64,000 nucleotides of DNA. Origin: Gemmatimonadota bacterium (GTDB taxonomy: Bacteria > Latescibacterota > UBA2968 > UBA8231). A program made the translations under genes and the position numbers. How positions within the stretch are numbered: position 1 is the first letter of the stretch; each line of letters opens with the position of its first letter. Below the pieces are notes generated by a model. It searched no databases, was not told the origin of the DNA, and was given only the letters and a program-made list of their open reading frames with translations. The DNA is taken from contig JAYOYH010000012.1 of the NCBI GenBank assembly GCA_038153405.1, positions 32,001 through 96,000 on the forward strand. Reading direction: 5' to 3'. Below, in pieces: positions 40,505-49,593 of the stretch.

Positions 40505-42289
40505 TTACGTCTGCGCAGGTTGCAGACCCAGCAGCACGAGCAGCCAGGTGCGATGCCAGTAGGCGCTGTTGATGTAGGGATTGTTCTGCGACGGCCAGTT
40601 CGTCCAATAGGTTTCGTTGTGCGGAATGCGGTGATACCACTGCAGTATGGGCACGGAGGGCTGCTCCGCTAGCCAGATATCCATGGCTTGGCGAAAGAGT
40701 CCGACCAGCTGCGGGTCGTCGGGAGAAGTCTGTCCCATTTGGTCGACTAACCGATCAAAATCCTCGTTAGACCAGCGCCAAAAGTGCTCGGCGGGCTGGC
40801 CCGTCGGCTTGACAAAACGGCTGTGGTAGAGGCGGAGCGTAAAGTAGGGGTCGCGCACCGAACCAGCGTGACCCTGTATATAGGCGCGCGCTTCACCTTG
40901 CGACATCTGGTCGTAGACGTCGGATAGCATGCGAAACGACGCGTCGAAACCTGCTTTTTGCAGCTGCGCAACGAGCACCTGGCCGATATCGTTGAACGCG
41001 CCAAAAATATTGATCGCCATGCGCACCGTTTGCCCATCATTTTCCCACAGACCCTCTTCGTTTCGAACCCAACCACTCTGTTGCATCAGCGCCGCGCTCT
41101 TGTCTAGGTCATACACTCCCGCACCGTATTTCTCCAGTAGGTCAGCGATGGAGTCCGTGTAGCGGCGCAGCGGTGGAAAGTCGGGAAAGGGCAGGTTCGC
41201 CGTCGAACCACTGCCCTGCCAAGCAACTTCGACTAGCTGTTCGCGGTCGATGGCAAAGCTGATGGCACGGCGCACAACGGAATCGGAAAAAGGCCACTCC
41301 TGCGCATTAAAGCCCAGGGCAATGGGCCACCAGTCGAGATAGCCAAAAGGCGGCTGCCGCCCGGTCCACGTCGTCAAATTGGGATTGCCCTCGACCATGG
41401 CGCGAACGTTAGGTGGCCGCGAATCGACGCAGGTATCCAGCGCGTTGGCCAACAGCAGCTGCACGCGCTTGGCCTCTTCTACGTAGGGTAAAAAAATCAG
41501 CCGTTCGACTTTCGGCAGTGCGCGAAAGCCCATTTCGGCAGCCCACCAGTCTGCGCGCACATCCCATACGCGCTGTTCGGTGCTCGACAACACCAACTCA
41601 TAGGGTCCGCTGACGACGGGCCAGCCCTGGGTCATGTCGAAATTGGCGAATTCTTCGACGTTGCGCCCAGCCCAGATATGCTTGGGCACAATGGGCACAC
41701 CGTTGTCGAAATTGTGGGTGAAATAAGAAAAAATAAAGCGCGGATTGGCTGCTGTCAGTGTGATGTGCGCCGTGTGGTCATCGACGGCCACGGCCTCTTT
41801 GACCCACGTTTCCATATCCGTTGAATAGAGCAGTATTGGCGCATGATCCTTCAGCATGTTGATGGTGAAGACCAGATCGTGCGCCGTCCACGGGTGCCCG
41901 TCGCTCCAGCGCACACCGTCGCGAATGTGCACGGTCACTTCGGTATAGGCGTCGTTGAATTCGTGCCCTGTCGCTATCCAGGGAATGATATTATCACCGC
42001 TCTCGGCGTAGGCATTGTAGAAGTAGAGCGGCTCGTAGAGGAACTGATAACCCGTGCGCGACACGCGTCCCGGTATATAGGGATTGAAGGTATCGTAGTC
42101 CTTCATCTGACCCGCACACGTCCCCGGGTCGACGCAGTCTAGAATCAGCGTGCGATTGCGCGGCACCTGCGCCAAATTGCCGCCCTGCGCAGCGCCATCG
42201 GCCCGATTGCCCATCTGCGTCTGCTCACTGCTCCCGCAGGCCATCAGCACGGCGATGCAGGCAATCCGCATCCACTCATATGGCTTCAT
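40505..42289 (-). CDS. ABC transporter substrate-binding lipoprotein, family 5 (paralog 2)
   Basis: Lipobox LMAC, IRDGVRWSDGHPWTAHDLVFT, clear similarity to the other two paralogs. Confidence 0.9.
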   Translation of the reverse strand: MKPYEWMRIACIAVLMACGSSEQTQMGNRADGAAQGGNLAQVPRNRTLILDCVDPGTCAGQMKDYDTFNPYIPGRVSRTGYQFLYEPLYFYNAYAESGDNIIPWIATGHEFNDAYTEVTVHIRDGVRWSDGHPWTAHDLVFTINMLKDHAPILLYSTDMETWVKEAVAVDDHTAHITLTAANPRFIFSYFTHNFDNGVPIVPKHIWAGRNVEEFANFDMTQGWPVVSGPYELVLSSTEQRVWDVRADWWAAEMGFRALPKVERLIFLPYVEEAKRVQLLLANALDTCVDSRPPNVRAMVEGNPNLTTWTGRQPPFGYLDWWPIALGFNAQEWPFSDSVVRRAISFAIDREQLVEVAWQGSGSTANLPFPDFPPLRRYTDSIADLLEKYGAGVYDLDKSAALMQQSGWVRNEEGLWENDGQTVRMAINIFGAFNDIGQVLVAQLQKAGFDASFRMLSDVYDQMSQGEARAYIQGHAGSVRDPYFTLRLYHSRFVKPTGQPAEHFWRWSNEDFDRLVDQMGQTSPDDPQLVGLFRQAMDIWLAEQPSVPILQWYHRIPHNETYWTNWPSQNNPYINSAYWHRTWLLVLLGLQPAQT

Positions 42290-42375
42290 TGGAACCTCTT
42301 CTCCAAAAAAACAGAGACGCCCACGGTGCCACACTGCGATGTGCACGGCGCGCTCTGTGTCATAGCGAAAATTAT

Positions 42376-43680
42376 CTATCGCGATCTGCGCTCGATGTGT
42401 GCTCCCAGCGCGCGCAGACTCTCGTCTATTTGCTCGTAGCCGCGGTCCAATTCCTCAATGCCGCGTATGACCGAACGCCCATTGGCCAAAATGGCTGCTA
42501 TCAGGTAGGTAAACCCGGCGCGCAGGTCGGGAATGGCAATTTCCGAGCCCACCAGCGTGGCGGGCCCGCGAATGACCGCGCTGTGCCGATGACCGCTAGC
42601 GGCAAAGCGACAGGTGTGGCCGCCAAGGCAGGTGTCGTACACTTCGATATCGGCGCCCATCTTCTGCAATTCGCGCACGTAGACAAAGCGATCTTCAAAT
42701 ACGGTCTCGTGCACCACGCTCATGCCATCGGCCTGCGTTAATAGGAGCGCAAACGGCGGCTGCCAATCCGTCATAAAACCCGGGTGCACCGTCGTCTCTA
42801 CGGCGATTGAGCGCAGCGGCCCGTCGCAAAAAAACCGAATGCCATCGCTCTGCACTTCAAAACCGCCGCCGACGCGACGCAGCGCATTCAGAAACGTCAG
42901 CATATCACCCTGGCGCGCACCGCGCACGAATAGATCGCCGCCCGAGGCCACCGCCGCCGCCCCCAGCGAGGCGGCCACCAATCGGTCCGGCATAATCTCA
43001 TGCGCGGCACCGCCCAGCGAGGAAACGCCTTCCACAACAAAGGTGCGGTCGGTCTGGTAATCGATAATGGCGCCCATTTTCTGTAGGAACAGCGCTAGGT
43101 CGACGACCTCCGGCTCAATAGCCGCATTGCGAATAAAGGTGCGCCCCTTGGCCAAGGTGGCCGCCATCAGCAGGTTTTCCGTCGCCGTCACGCTCGGATA
43201 CGGCAGCGCGATATCGGCCCCCTGCAGCCCATCGCTCTCCAAGTAGTAGACGTCGTCGAGCGTTTCCACCCGCGCGCCCATGCGCCGATAGCCCTCTAGG
43301 TGAAAGTCCACTGGGCGCGGACCAATGCGATCGCCGCCGGCCGCCGGCACCACGGCGCGACCGTGCCGGTGCAAGAGCGGCGCCAGCATCATTACCGAGA
43401 GGCGATTTTTCACCGCCAGCGCTTCGGGCACGGCGGCCACGGCAATATGTGGGGTTTGCACATCGAGGCGTTTACCCACACTCGTCTGGCAGTGCGCCCC
43501 CAGCGCTTGGCAAATCCGCTTGGTTATTTCCGTATCGCCGATGGTTGGCACATTGAAAAAGCTGCACTGCTCGGCCGTCAGCATGCTCGCCGTCAGCAGC
43601 TTGCTGACCGAGTTCTTTGCCCCGGCCACGGTGATTTCACCGAGCAGCGGCGTGGGTCCTTCTACGATCAGTTCTTCCAT
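42376..43680 (-). CDS. murA: UDP-N-acetylglucosamine 1-carboxyvinyltransferase, Asp-type
   Basis: GAKNS, GGDRIGPRPVDFH, SVTATEN, NAAIEPEV, PGFMTDWQ, DLRAG and LDRGYE motifs. Confidence 0.93.
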   Translation of the reverse strand: MEELIVEGPTPLLGEITVAGAKNSVSKLLTASMLTAEQCSFFNVPTIGDTEITKRICQALGAHCQTSVGKRLDVQTPHIAVAAVPEALAVKNRLSVMMLAPLLHRHGRAVVPAAGGDRIGPRPVDFHLEGYRRMGARVETLDDVYYLESDGLQGADIALPYPSVTATENLLMAATLAKGRTFIRNAAIEPEVVDLALFLQKMGAIIDYQTDRTFVVEGVSSLGGAAHEIMPDRLVAASLGAAAVASGGDLFVRGARQGDMLTFLNALRRVGGGFEVQSDGIRFFCDGPLRSIAVETTVHPGFMTDWQPPFALLLTQADGMSVVHETVFEDRFVYVRELQKMGADIEVYDTCLGGHTCRFAASGHRHSAVIRGPATLVGSEIAIPDLRAGFTYLIAAILANGRSVIRGIEELDRGYEQIDESLRALGAHIERRSR

Positions 43681-43775
43681 AGCTCACCCATGCGGCAATA
43701 GCGTTCGATACACGGCGATAGCGCGCGGTTACGCCAATATAGGTTGCTCTGCAGCACCCGAGCAATCGATCGCGC

Positions 43776-43811
43776 ACAGAAAGAGCGGAGCACCCATCGG
43801 GCACTCCGCTC
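43776..43811 (-). terminator. Rho-independent terminator of the ABC importer operon
   Basis: Minus strand GAGCGGAGTGCCC-GAT-GGGTGCTCCGCTC followed by TTTCTG. Confidence 0.7.
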
Positions 43812-43846
43812 CACCTCCCACCACCGCTTCGCAACGCTGCGCGTGG

Positions 43847-45595
43847 CTATCCCTGCACCGGTTCCAATCCCAACAAGACCAGCAGCCAAGTATTGTGCCA
43901 GTAGGCACTGTTGATATACGCGTTGTCCACCGTCGGCCAGTTCTTCCAGTAGGTCTCGTTGTGCGGTATGCGATGATACCACTGCACCAGCGGAATGGAG
44001 GGCAACTCGCTCAGCCAGATTTCCATGGCCTGGCGAAAGAGCTTCTGCAGTTCGGGATCGTCGGGCGATGTCTGCCCCATTTTATCGACAATGGCATCGT
44101 ATTCGGGGTTGGACCAGCGCCAAAAGCGCTCGGCATGCGTGCCGGTGGGCTGCACAAAACGGCTGTGATACAGGCGCAGCGTAAAGTAGGGGTCGCGCAC
44201 CGAACCGCCGTTGCCCATCATATAGGCCCGTGCCGTGCCCTGCGCCATGCGCGAAAAGGTATCGGAGGTCAGGCGAAACGAGGCCTCAATGCCGGCGCGC
44301 TTTAACTGCGCCGCCAGCACGGGAGCCAAATCGTTAAAAATGCCGAATATATCGATGACCATCGTCAGGCGTTGGCCGTCCTTGATCCAAAACCCTTCGC
44401 CGTCCTTGCTCCATCCCTTGCGCTGTAGAATCTCGGCCGCTTTGGACGGATCGTAGACGCCAATCTCGTATTTTTCAACAAGGTCCTGGATGCCATTTGT
44501 ATACTGGCGAATCGGCGGAAAGTTGGGCAGCGGCAGATGCGAAGACGTTCCGGCTCCCTGCCAGCCGATCTCAACCAATTGGTCGCGGTCGATGGAGTAG
44601 TTGACCGCACGGCGAATTTCCGGATCGCTGAAGGGCGGCTCTAGGTTGTTGAAGCCCAGACACACGGGCCACCAGTCGAGATAACCATGCGGCAGTTCCT
44701 TGCCCGTCCAGGTAGACACGGAGGGGTTGGCATCGAGAATGGATTGGATATTGGGCGGGCGCAGGTCGAGGCTGGTATCCATCGCGTTGGCGATGATATT
44801 CTGCACGCGCTTGCTCTCCTCCATATAAGGCAAGTAGATCAGGCGCTCGACCTTCGGCAAATCGCGAAAGCCAATCTTGGCCGCCCACCAATCGCTGCGC
44901 ACATCCCACACGCGCTGCTCGGGCGAAGAGATCGCCATCTTATAGGGACCGCTGACGACGGGCCAGCCCTGAGCCATATCGAAGTTGCTAAAGCTCTCCG
45001 GATCTTGGTTCTCCCAGATGTGCCGGGGAACGAGGGGAACGCCGTTGTCGAAGTTGTTGGTAAAGTAAGAGAAAACAAAGCGCGGATTGGAAGCGGTGAG
45101 TTCGATTTGTGCCGTGTGATCATCGATGGCTACCGCACTCTTCACCCACGTTTGCATATCGGTAGAAAAGTTCAAACTCGGCGCGTGTTCCTTGAGCATG
45201 TTGACCGTAAAGACTAGGTCATGCGCCGTCCACGGCTGGCCGTCGCTCCACTCCACGCCCTGGCGAATGTCGATGGTGACCGCAGTGTAGTCGCTGTTAT
45301 ACTGGTGACCAGTGGCGATCCAGGGAATGACATTCTCGCCCCCTTCGGAGTAGGCGTTGTAAAAGTAGAGCGGCTCGTAGACGAAGTTCCAACCCGTCTT
45401 GGTCGTGCCCGTCAGCAGAAAGGGATTGAACGATGCATAGTCTTTAAACTGGCCGCTGCAGTCCTGCTGCCCCGAGCAATCGGTGATTAGCGTGCGATTG
45501 CGCGGCACGCTGCTGCCCTGACCACCGCCGCCACAGCCGTAGAACACAGCGACGGATGCCAGCAGCAGCGCGGCACTCGATATCAATTTTCTCAT
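43847..45595 (-). CDS. ABC transporter substrate-binding lipoprotein, family 5 (paralog 3, operonic)
   Basis: Lipobox FYGC, IRQGVEWSDGQPWTAHDLVFT, GAGGT RBS before ATG 45595. Confidence 0.92.
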   Translation of the reverse strand: MRKLISSAALLLASVAVFYGCGGGGQGSSVPRNRTLITDCSGQQDCSGQFKDYASFNPFLLTGTTKTGWNFVYEPLYFYNAYSEGGENVIPWIATGHQYNSDYTAVTIDIRQGVEWSDGQPWTAHDLVFTVNMLKEHAPSLNFSTDMQTWVKSAVAIDDHTAQIELTASNPRFVFSYFTNNFDNGVPLVPRHIWENQDPESFSNFDMAQGWPVVSGPYKMAISSPEQRVWDVRSDWWAAKIGFRDLPKVERLIYLPYMEESKRVQNIIANAMDTSLDLRPPNIQSILDANPSVSTWTGKELPHGYLDWWPVCLGFNNLEPPFSDPEIRRAVNYSIDRDQLVEIGWQGAGTSSHLPLPNFPPIRQYTNGIQDLVEKYEIGVYDPSKAAEILQRKGWSKDGEGFWIKDGQRLTMVIDIFGIFNDLAPVLAAQLKRAGIEASFRLTSDTFSRMAQGTARAYMMGNGGSVRDPYFTLRLYHSRFVQPTGTHAERFWRWSNPEYDAIVDKMGQTSPDDPELQKLFRQAMEIWLSELPSIPLVQWYHRIPHNETYWKNWPTVDNAYINSAYWHNTWLLVLLGLEPVQG

Positions 45596-45609
45596 GTGCT
45601 TTACCTCAT

Positions 45610-46641
45610 TCACTTTTCGCCGAAAAGCTGCGTTAAGTCGCCGTTTTCCAGCACCTGCTCTTCGTCAAAGAGAAAACACGAAGCCGCGCGCCCAGTGCCG
45701 CTGCGAAACAGCGGGGGCTGCGCGCTGCACTTTTCCATGGCCTGTAGACAGCGCGGCGCATAGCGGCAACCGCCAACGGGCTCTTCCACTGCGCCTTCGT
45801 CTAGCACCTTCTCTTCGATTGCCTCTTCTATCCAAGCGCTGCCCGGATCGGGCACGGGAATGGAGTGAATCAGCTCGCGTGTATAGGGGTGCTGCGGATC
45901 TTTGATGACGCTCTCTACGTCGCCAGCTTCGGCCACCGTGCCGTGATAGAGCACGACGATGTTTTCGCTCACCTGATAGGCCGTCGTTAAGTCGTGCGTG
46001 ATGTAGACAAAGGAAATATTAAAATCGCGAAAGAGCTTGTGCAGGTTGGCCAAAATGGTCGCGCGCAGCGAGGCGTCGACCATCGAAACCGGCTCATCGG
46101 CGATAATGAGTTTGGGCTTGAGCAGCAGCGCGCGCGCAATGGTGATGCGCTGGCGCTGGCCACCGGATAGCTGGTGCGGGTAGCGCCCCAGCGTCTCCTC
46201 CGGGCGCAGCCCGACCGTGCGCAGGGCCACTTCAATCTGCTCGCGCGCCTCCGCCTGCGAGGCGGCCAAACCAAACTTCTCGATGGGGGTCGTCAGGATA
46301 TGATCGACCTTGTAAAACGGATTGTACACTTCAAAGGGGTCTTGAAAGATGGCCTGCACATCCTGGCGGAACGAGCGCGTACCGCTCTTGTCGAGCGTGC
46401 GCAGATCGCGGCCGTTGTAGAGCACTTCGCCCGCGCTCGGCGCAATAACGCCGAGCAGCATGCGCGCAATCGTCGTCTTGCCGCTGCCCGACTCACCGGC
46501 AATGGTGGTAAACGAAGGGTTATCGGCATCGATCGTCAGGGTGAAATCGTCGACGGCCACTGTCTGCTTATCGTCAGTAAACAGTCCACCGCCGCCCGAA
46601 AAGACCTTGCGGATATGGCGCGCTTCAAGAAGCGGGGGCAT
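45610..46641 (-). CDS. ABC transporter ATP-binding subunit (OppF/DppF-like)
   Basis: GESGSGKT, LSGGQRQR, IIADEP, HPYT and C-terminal Cys cluster. Confidence 0.92.
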   Translation of the reverse strand: MPPLLEARHIRKVFSGGGGLFTDDKQTVAVDDFTLTIDADNPSFTTIAGESGSGKTTIARMLLGVIAPSAGEVLYNGRDLRTLDKSGTRSFRQDVQAIFQDPFEVYNPFYKVDHILTTPIEKFGLAASQAEAREQIEVALRTVGLRPEETLGRYPHQLSGGQRQRITIARALLLKPKLIIADEPVSMVDASLRATILANLHKLFRDFNISFVYITHDLTTAYQVSENIVVLYHGTVAEAGDVESVIKDPQHPYTRELIHSIPVPDPGSAWIEEAIEEKVLDEGAVEEPVGGCRYAPRCLQAMEKCSAQPPLFRSGTGRAASCFLFDEEQVLENGDLTQLFGEK

Positions 46642-47629
46642 CGCACTCCTCCTCATGCAGAAGACAAGAGGCCCACTGGCCTGGGGAAACCTCCCTCAGC
46701 GTCGGTTCGCGCTGCGCACAGAGCTCGGTGGCCTTGGGACAGCGCGGGTGAAAAAGACAGCCCGACGGCGGATCGAGCAGCGACAGGCCTACGCCGGGGA
46801 TGCCCTTGAATTCGCCGCGCTTCTCGAAGGATGGAATACTCGATATGAGCAGCTGCGTGTAGGGATGCTGCGGGTTGCAAAAAATGTCGGAAACCGTGCC
46901 CACTTCGACGAGCTTGCCGCCGTACATAATGCCAACGCGCTCGGCGAACTGCGCCATCAGGCCCATATCGTGTCCAACCAGCAGTACCGTAGCGTCGAGG
47001 TCCAACTGCAGCTGGCGCAGCGTCTGCATAATTTGCCGCTGGACGACCACGTCGAGCGCCGACGTGGGTTCGTCGGCTAAAATGAGCTGCGGATTGAGAC
47101 AGATGGCCTGCGCGATGCAGGCGCGCTGCTTCATACCGCCGCTCAATTCGTGCGGGTAGAGCTGGGTTGCCTCCGGCTTGAGTCCGACCTTGTCCAACAG
47201 CGCCTCGACGCGCCTCATGAGCTCGTCCCTTTCGCCCTCTTCGCCGTGCTCGCGCATCGTCAGCACCATTTGATCGCCGATGCGAATCACCGGATTGAGC
47301 GAATTCATCGCGCCCTGTGGTACCATGGCCACGCGCTTGAGGCGCATTTGGCGCACCTGCTCTCGATTGAGGGTCAACAGGTCCGTTCCATCATCGAAAA
47401 CGGCCTTGCCGCCGGCGATAAAACCGGGCGTCTTAATCATGCGCAACAGCGCCAGGATCATCGTCGTCTTGCCGCTGCCCGACTCGCCCACCAACCCAAA
47501 GCGCTCGCCCTTGTAAAGCGTTAAGTCCACTTCGTTGACGGCGCGTGCAATGCCGCGACGCGTCTCGAAGTGCACTTCCAGACCCCTAATATCGAGCAGC
47601 ACGTCTCTCTTTTTGGCGCTCTCGCTCAT
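46625..47629 (-). CDS. ABC transporter ATP-binding subunit (OppD/DppD-like)
   Basis: GESGSGKT, LSGGMKQR, LADEPTSALD, HPYT and GCLFHPRC motifs. Confidence 0.92.
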   Translation of the reverse strand: MSESAKKRDVLLDIRGLEVHFETRRGIARAVNEVDLTLYKGERFGLVGESGSGKTTMILALLRMIKTPGFIAGGKAVFDDGTDLLTLNREQVRQMRLKRVAMVPQGAMNSLNPVIRIGDQMVLTMREHGEEGERDELMRRVEALLDKVGLKPEATQLYPHELSGGMKQRACIAQAICLNPQLILADEPTSALDVVVQRQIMQTLRQLQLDLDATVLLVGHDMGLMAQFAERVGIMYGGKLVEVGTVSDIFCNPQHPYTQLLISSIPSFEKRGEFKGIPGVGLSLLDPPSGCLFHPRCPKATELCAQREPTLREVSPGQWASCLLHEEECDAPAS

Positions 47630-48483
47630 ACGGCTTTCCGCTGTTTGGGGTTGGCTAGCTCATCGAGACCGACGGCAATCAGCAACAGACCGACGAAAAT
47701 GAGCCCGATAAAGGCAATGGGAATAGCCCACCACCACCACATACCGCGAATCAGCGCGCTAAAGGTGATGGCCCAGTAAATCGTCATGCCGACCGTCGGG
47801 TCATTCTGCGGCCCCAGACCGAGGGCCTCTAAGCCGATGGACGAGAGAATGGCCCAGTTGACGGCGTTGGCAAACTGTGCCGCCAGATAGGGCAGTAGAT
47901 TGGGAAACAGCTCTTTCCAGATAATTTCGGCATTGCTCATGCCGTTGAGCTTGGCCATCTGCACGTAGGCGCGCTCGCGCATGCTCAGCACCTGAGAGCG
48001 AATGACGCGCGTTGGCCACATCCAAGCCAGCGAGGCAACGACTAGCGCCATGATATTGACGCTGATTTCCTCGCGGATCGTCGAGGCAATGGACACCAGC
48101 ACGACCAGTCCGGGCACGGTCAGCAGCGTATCGACCACGCCGCGCACGACCGTATCGAACTTGCCGCCGAGATAGCCGCTAGTAAAACCGAGAAAAATAC
48201 CCAACCCCAAACCGACTGCACCGGCCAGCAGGCCAATGCGCATGGTCAGCGGCACGCCAACGACCATGACGGAGAGCAAGTCGCGCCCTGAATCGTCCGT
48301 GCCAAAGGGATGATCCCATGAGGGCTCCAAGCGCGGCGTCGTCGACAGCGGCTGCGCCAGCGAGGTATCGACAAAGAGTGGACCGAGCAGGCCAAACAGC
48401 AAGATGATGGAGACCATGACAAAGCCAACCGCCAACATCGGGCTTTCGCGCAGATAGTAGAGAATCTGGTTGAACCGCTGCAT
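47626..48483 (-). CDS. ABC transporter permease (OppC/DppC-like)
   Basis: HPFGTDDSGRD, EAA-like loop and WWWWAIP motif. Confidence 0.92.
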   Translation of the reverse strand: MQRFNQILYYLRESPMLAVGFVMVSIILLFGLLGPLFVDTSLAQPLSTTPRLEPSWDHPFGTDDSGRDLLSVMVVGVPLTMRIGLLAGAVGLGLGIFLGFTSGYLGGKFDTVVRGVVDTLLTVPGLVVLVSIASTIREEISVNIMALVVASLAWMWPTRVIRSQVLSMRERAYVQMAKLNGMSNAEIIWKELFPNLLPYLAAQFANAVNWAILSSIGLEALGLGPQNDPTVGMTIYWAITFSALIRGMWWWWAIPIAFIGLIFVGLLLIAVGLDELANPKQRKAV

Positions 48484-48484
48484 A

Positions 48485-49495
48485 TCAGTTCTGCCTGCTA
48501 TGTGAGATCCGCGGATCGAGCAGCGGGTAGAGAAAGTCCATCAGCATCGTAACCACACCGATGGACATGATGAGAATGAGCACGACGCCGTTGATCACGG
48601 TGTAGTCGGATGACTGGATCGCCTGAAAGAGCACCGTGCCAATGCCGGGGTAGGCGAAGATCACCTCGACGATCACCTGGCCGGCCACGACGTTGGCCAA
48701 CGACAGGCCCAGCGCCGTAAACTGTGGCAGCATGGCGTTGCGCAGGCCGTAGCGAAAGAAGATGGTGCGGTTGCGCAGGCCATTGGCCTCGGCCAGCGTG
48801 ATATAGTCTTCACCCGACGTAGTAACCATCATGCCGCGCATGCCCAGCGCCCAGAATCCCACCGCCTGCAGCACGATGGCCAGCGCCGGCAGTATGGAGT
48901 GGTGCAGGACGTCTAAATAGAAATCGACGCTGGCAATGGCCAACATTCCCGGCGAATAGCCGCCCGACAGGGGGAACCACTGCATCTTGAGCCCCAGTAT
49001 GTAGAGCACAATCAGACCCAGCAGGTAGGGGGGAATCGCCGAAAGCGTCATAAAGGGAACGGCGAACCGGCGCACCCAGGGCGGCGCGTTGGGCCACGCC
49101 GAAAGCGCGCCCATCAGCGTGCCGAGGGCAAAGCCTATAAGCACGGAGATGAACATCAGGCCAAGCGTCCAGGGAATAGCATTGCCGATCATTTGACCCA
49201 CGCGCGCCGGATAGTTGGCCAGCGAGTAGCCCAAATCAAGAGTGAAAGTGTCGCCAAGAAAGTTCAGATACTGGATGTAGAGCGGCTTGTCGAGACCGAA
49301 TTTAGCCTGATAGGCCTTGACCATCGCCTCAATCCCATCCTGGCGCAGACCGCCGCTGGCGGCCAATTGTCCCAGCTTCTCGCGAATGGGATCGCGCCCC
49401 GTGCCTAGGCGAGGCACGAAGAAATTGACGCTGGCGGCAGCCCACACGACTACGAGAAAGAGAGCCACGCGTTTTACGACAAAGTTCCAGTTCAT
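48485..49495 (-). CDS. ABC transporter permease (OppB/DppB-like)
   Basis: FGLDKPLYIQY, DLGYS, DYITLAEANGL, EVIFAYPGIG and LDPRI motifs. Confidence 0.92.
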   Translation of the reverse strand: MNWNFVVKRVALFLVVVWAAASVNFFVPRLGTGRDPIREKLGQLAASGGLRQDGIEAMVKAYQAKFGLDKPLYIQYLNFLGDTFTLDLGYSLANYPARVGQMIGNAIPWTLGLMFISVLIGFALGTLMGALSAWPNAPPWVRRFAVPFMTLSAIPPYLLGLIVLYILGLKMQWFPLSGGYSPGMLAIASVDFYLDVLHHSILPALAIVLQAVGFWALGMRGMMVTTSGEDYITLAEANGLRNRTIFFRYGLRNAMLPQFTALGLSLANVVAGQVIVEVIFAYPGIGTVLFQAIQSSDYTVINGVVLILIMSIGVVTMLMDFLYPLLDPRISHSRQN

Positions 49496-49553
49496 TGGAG
49501 TTGGCTATTGTGGTTGGGAATGGCAATTGGCTACGGCAAAAACAGAAGGCGAT

Positions 49554-49593
49554 AAGTTACCGTAGACGCGCTACCCTGTCAAATAAGTTTGAC
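49554..49593 (-). promoter_or_regulatory. Sigma70-type promoter of the ABC operon with a palindrome over the -35 box
   Basis: Minus strand TTGACA (49582-49577)-N17-TAACTT (49559-49554). Inverted repeat GTCAAA-TAAG-TTTGAC at 49578-49593. Confidence 0.6.
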
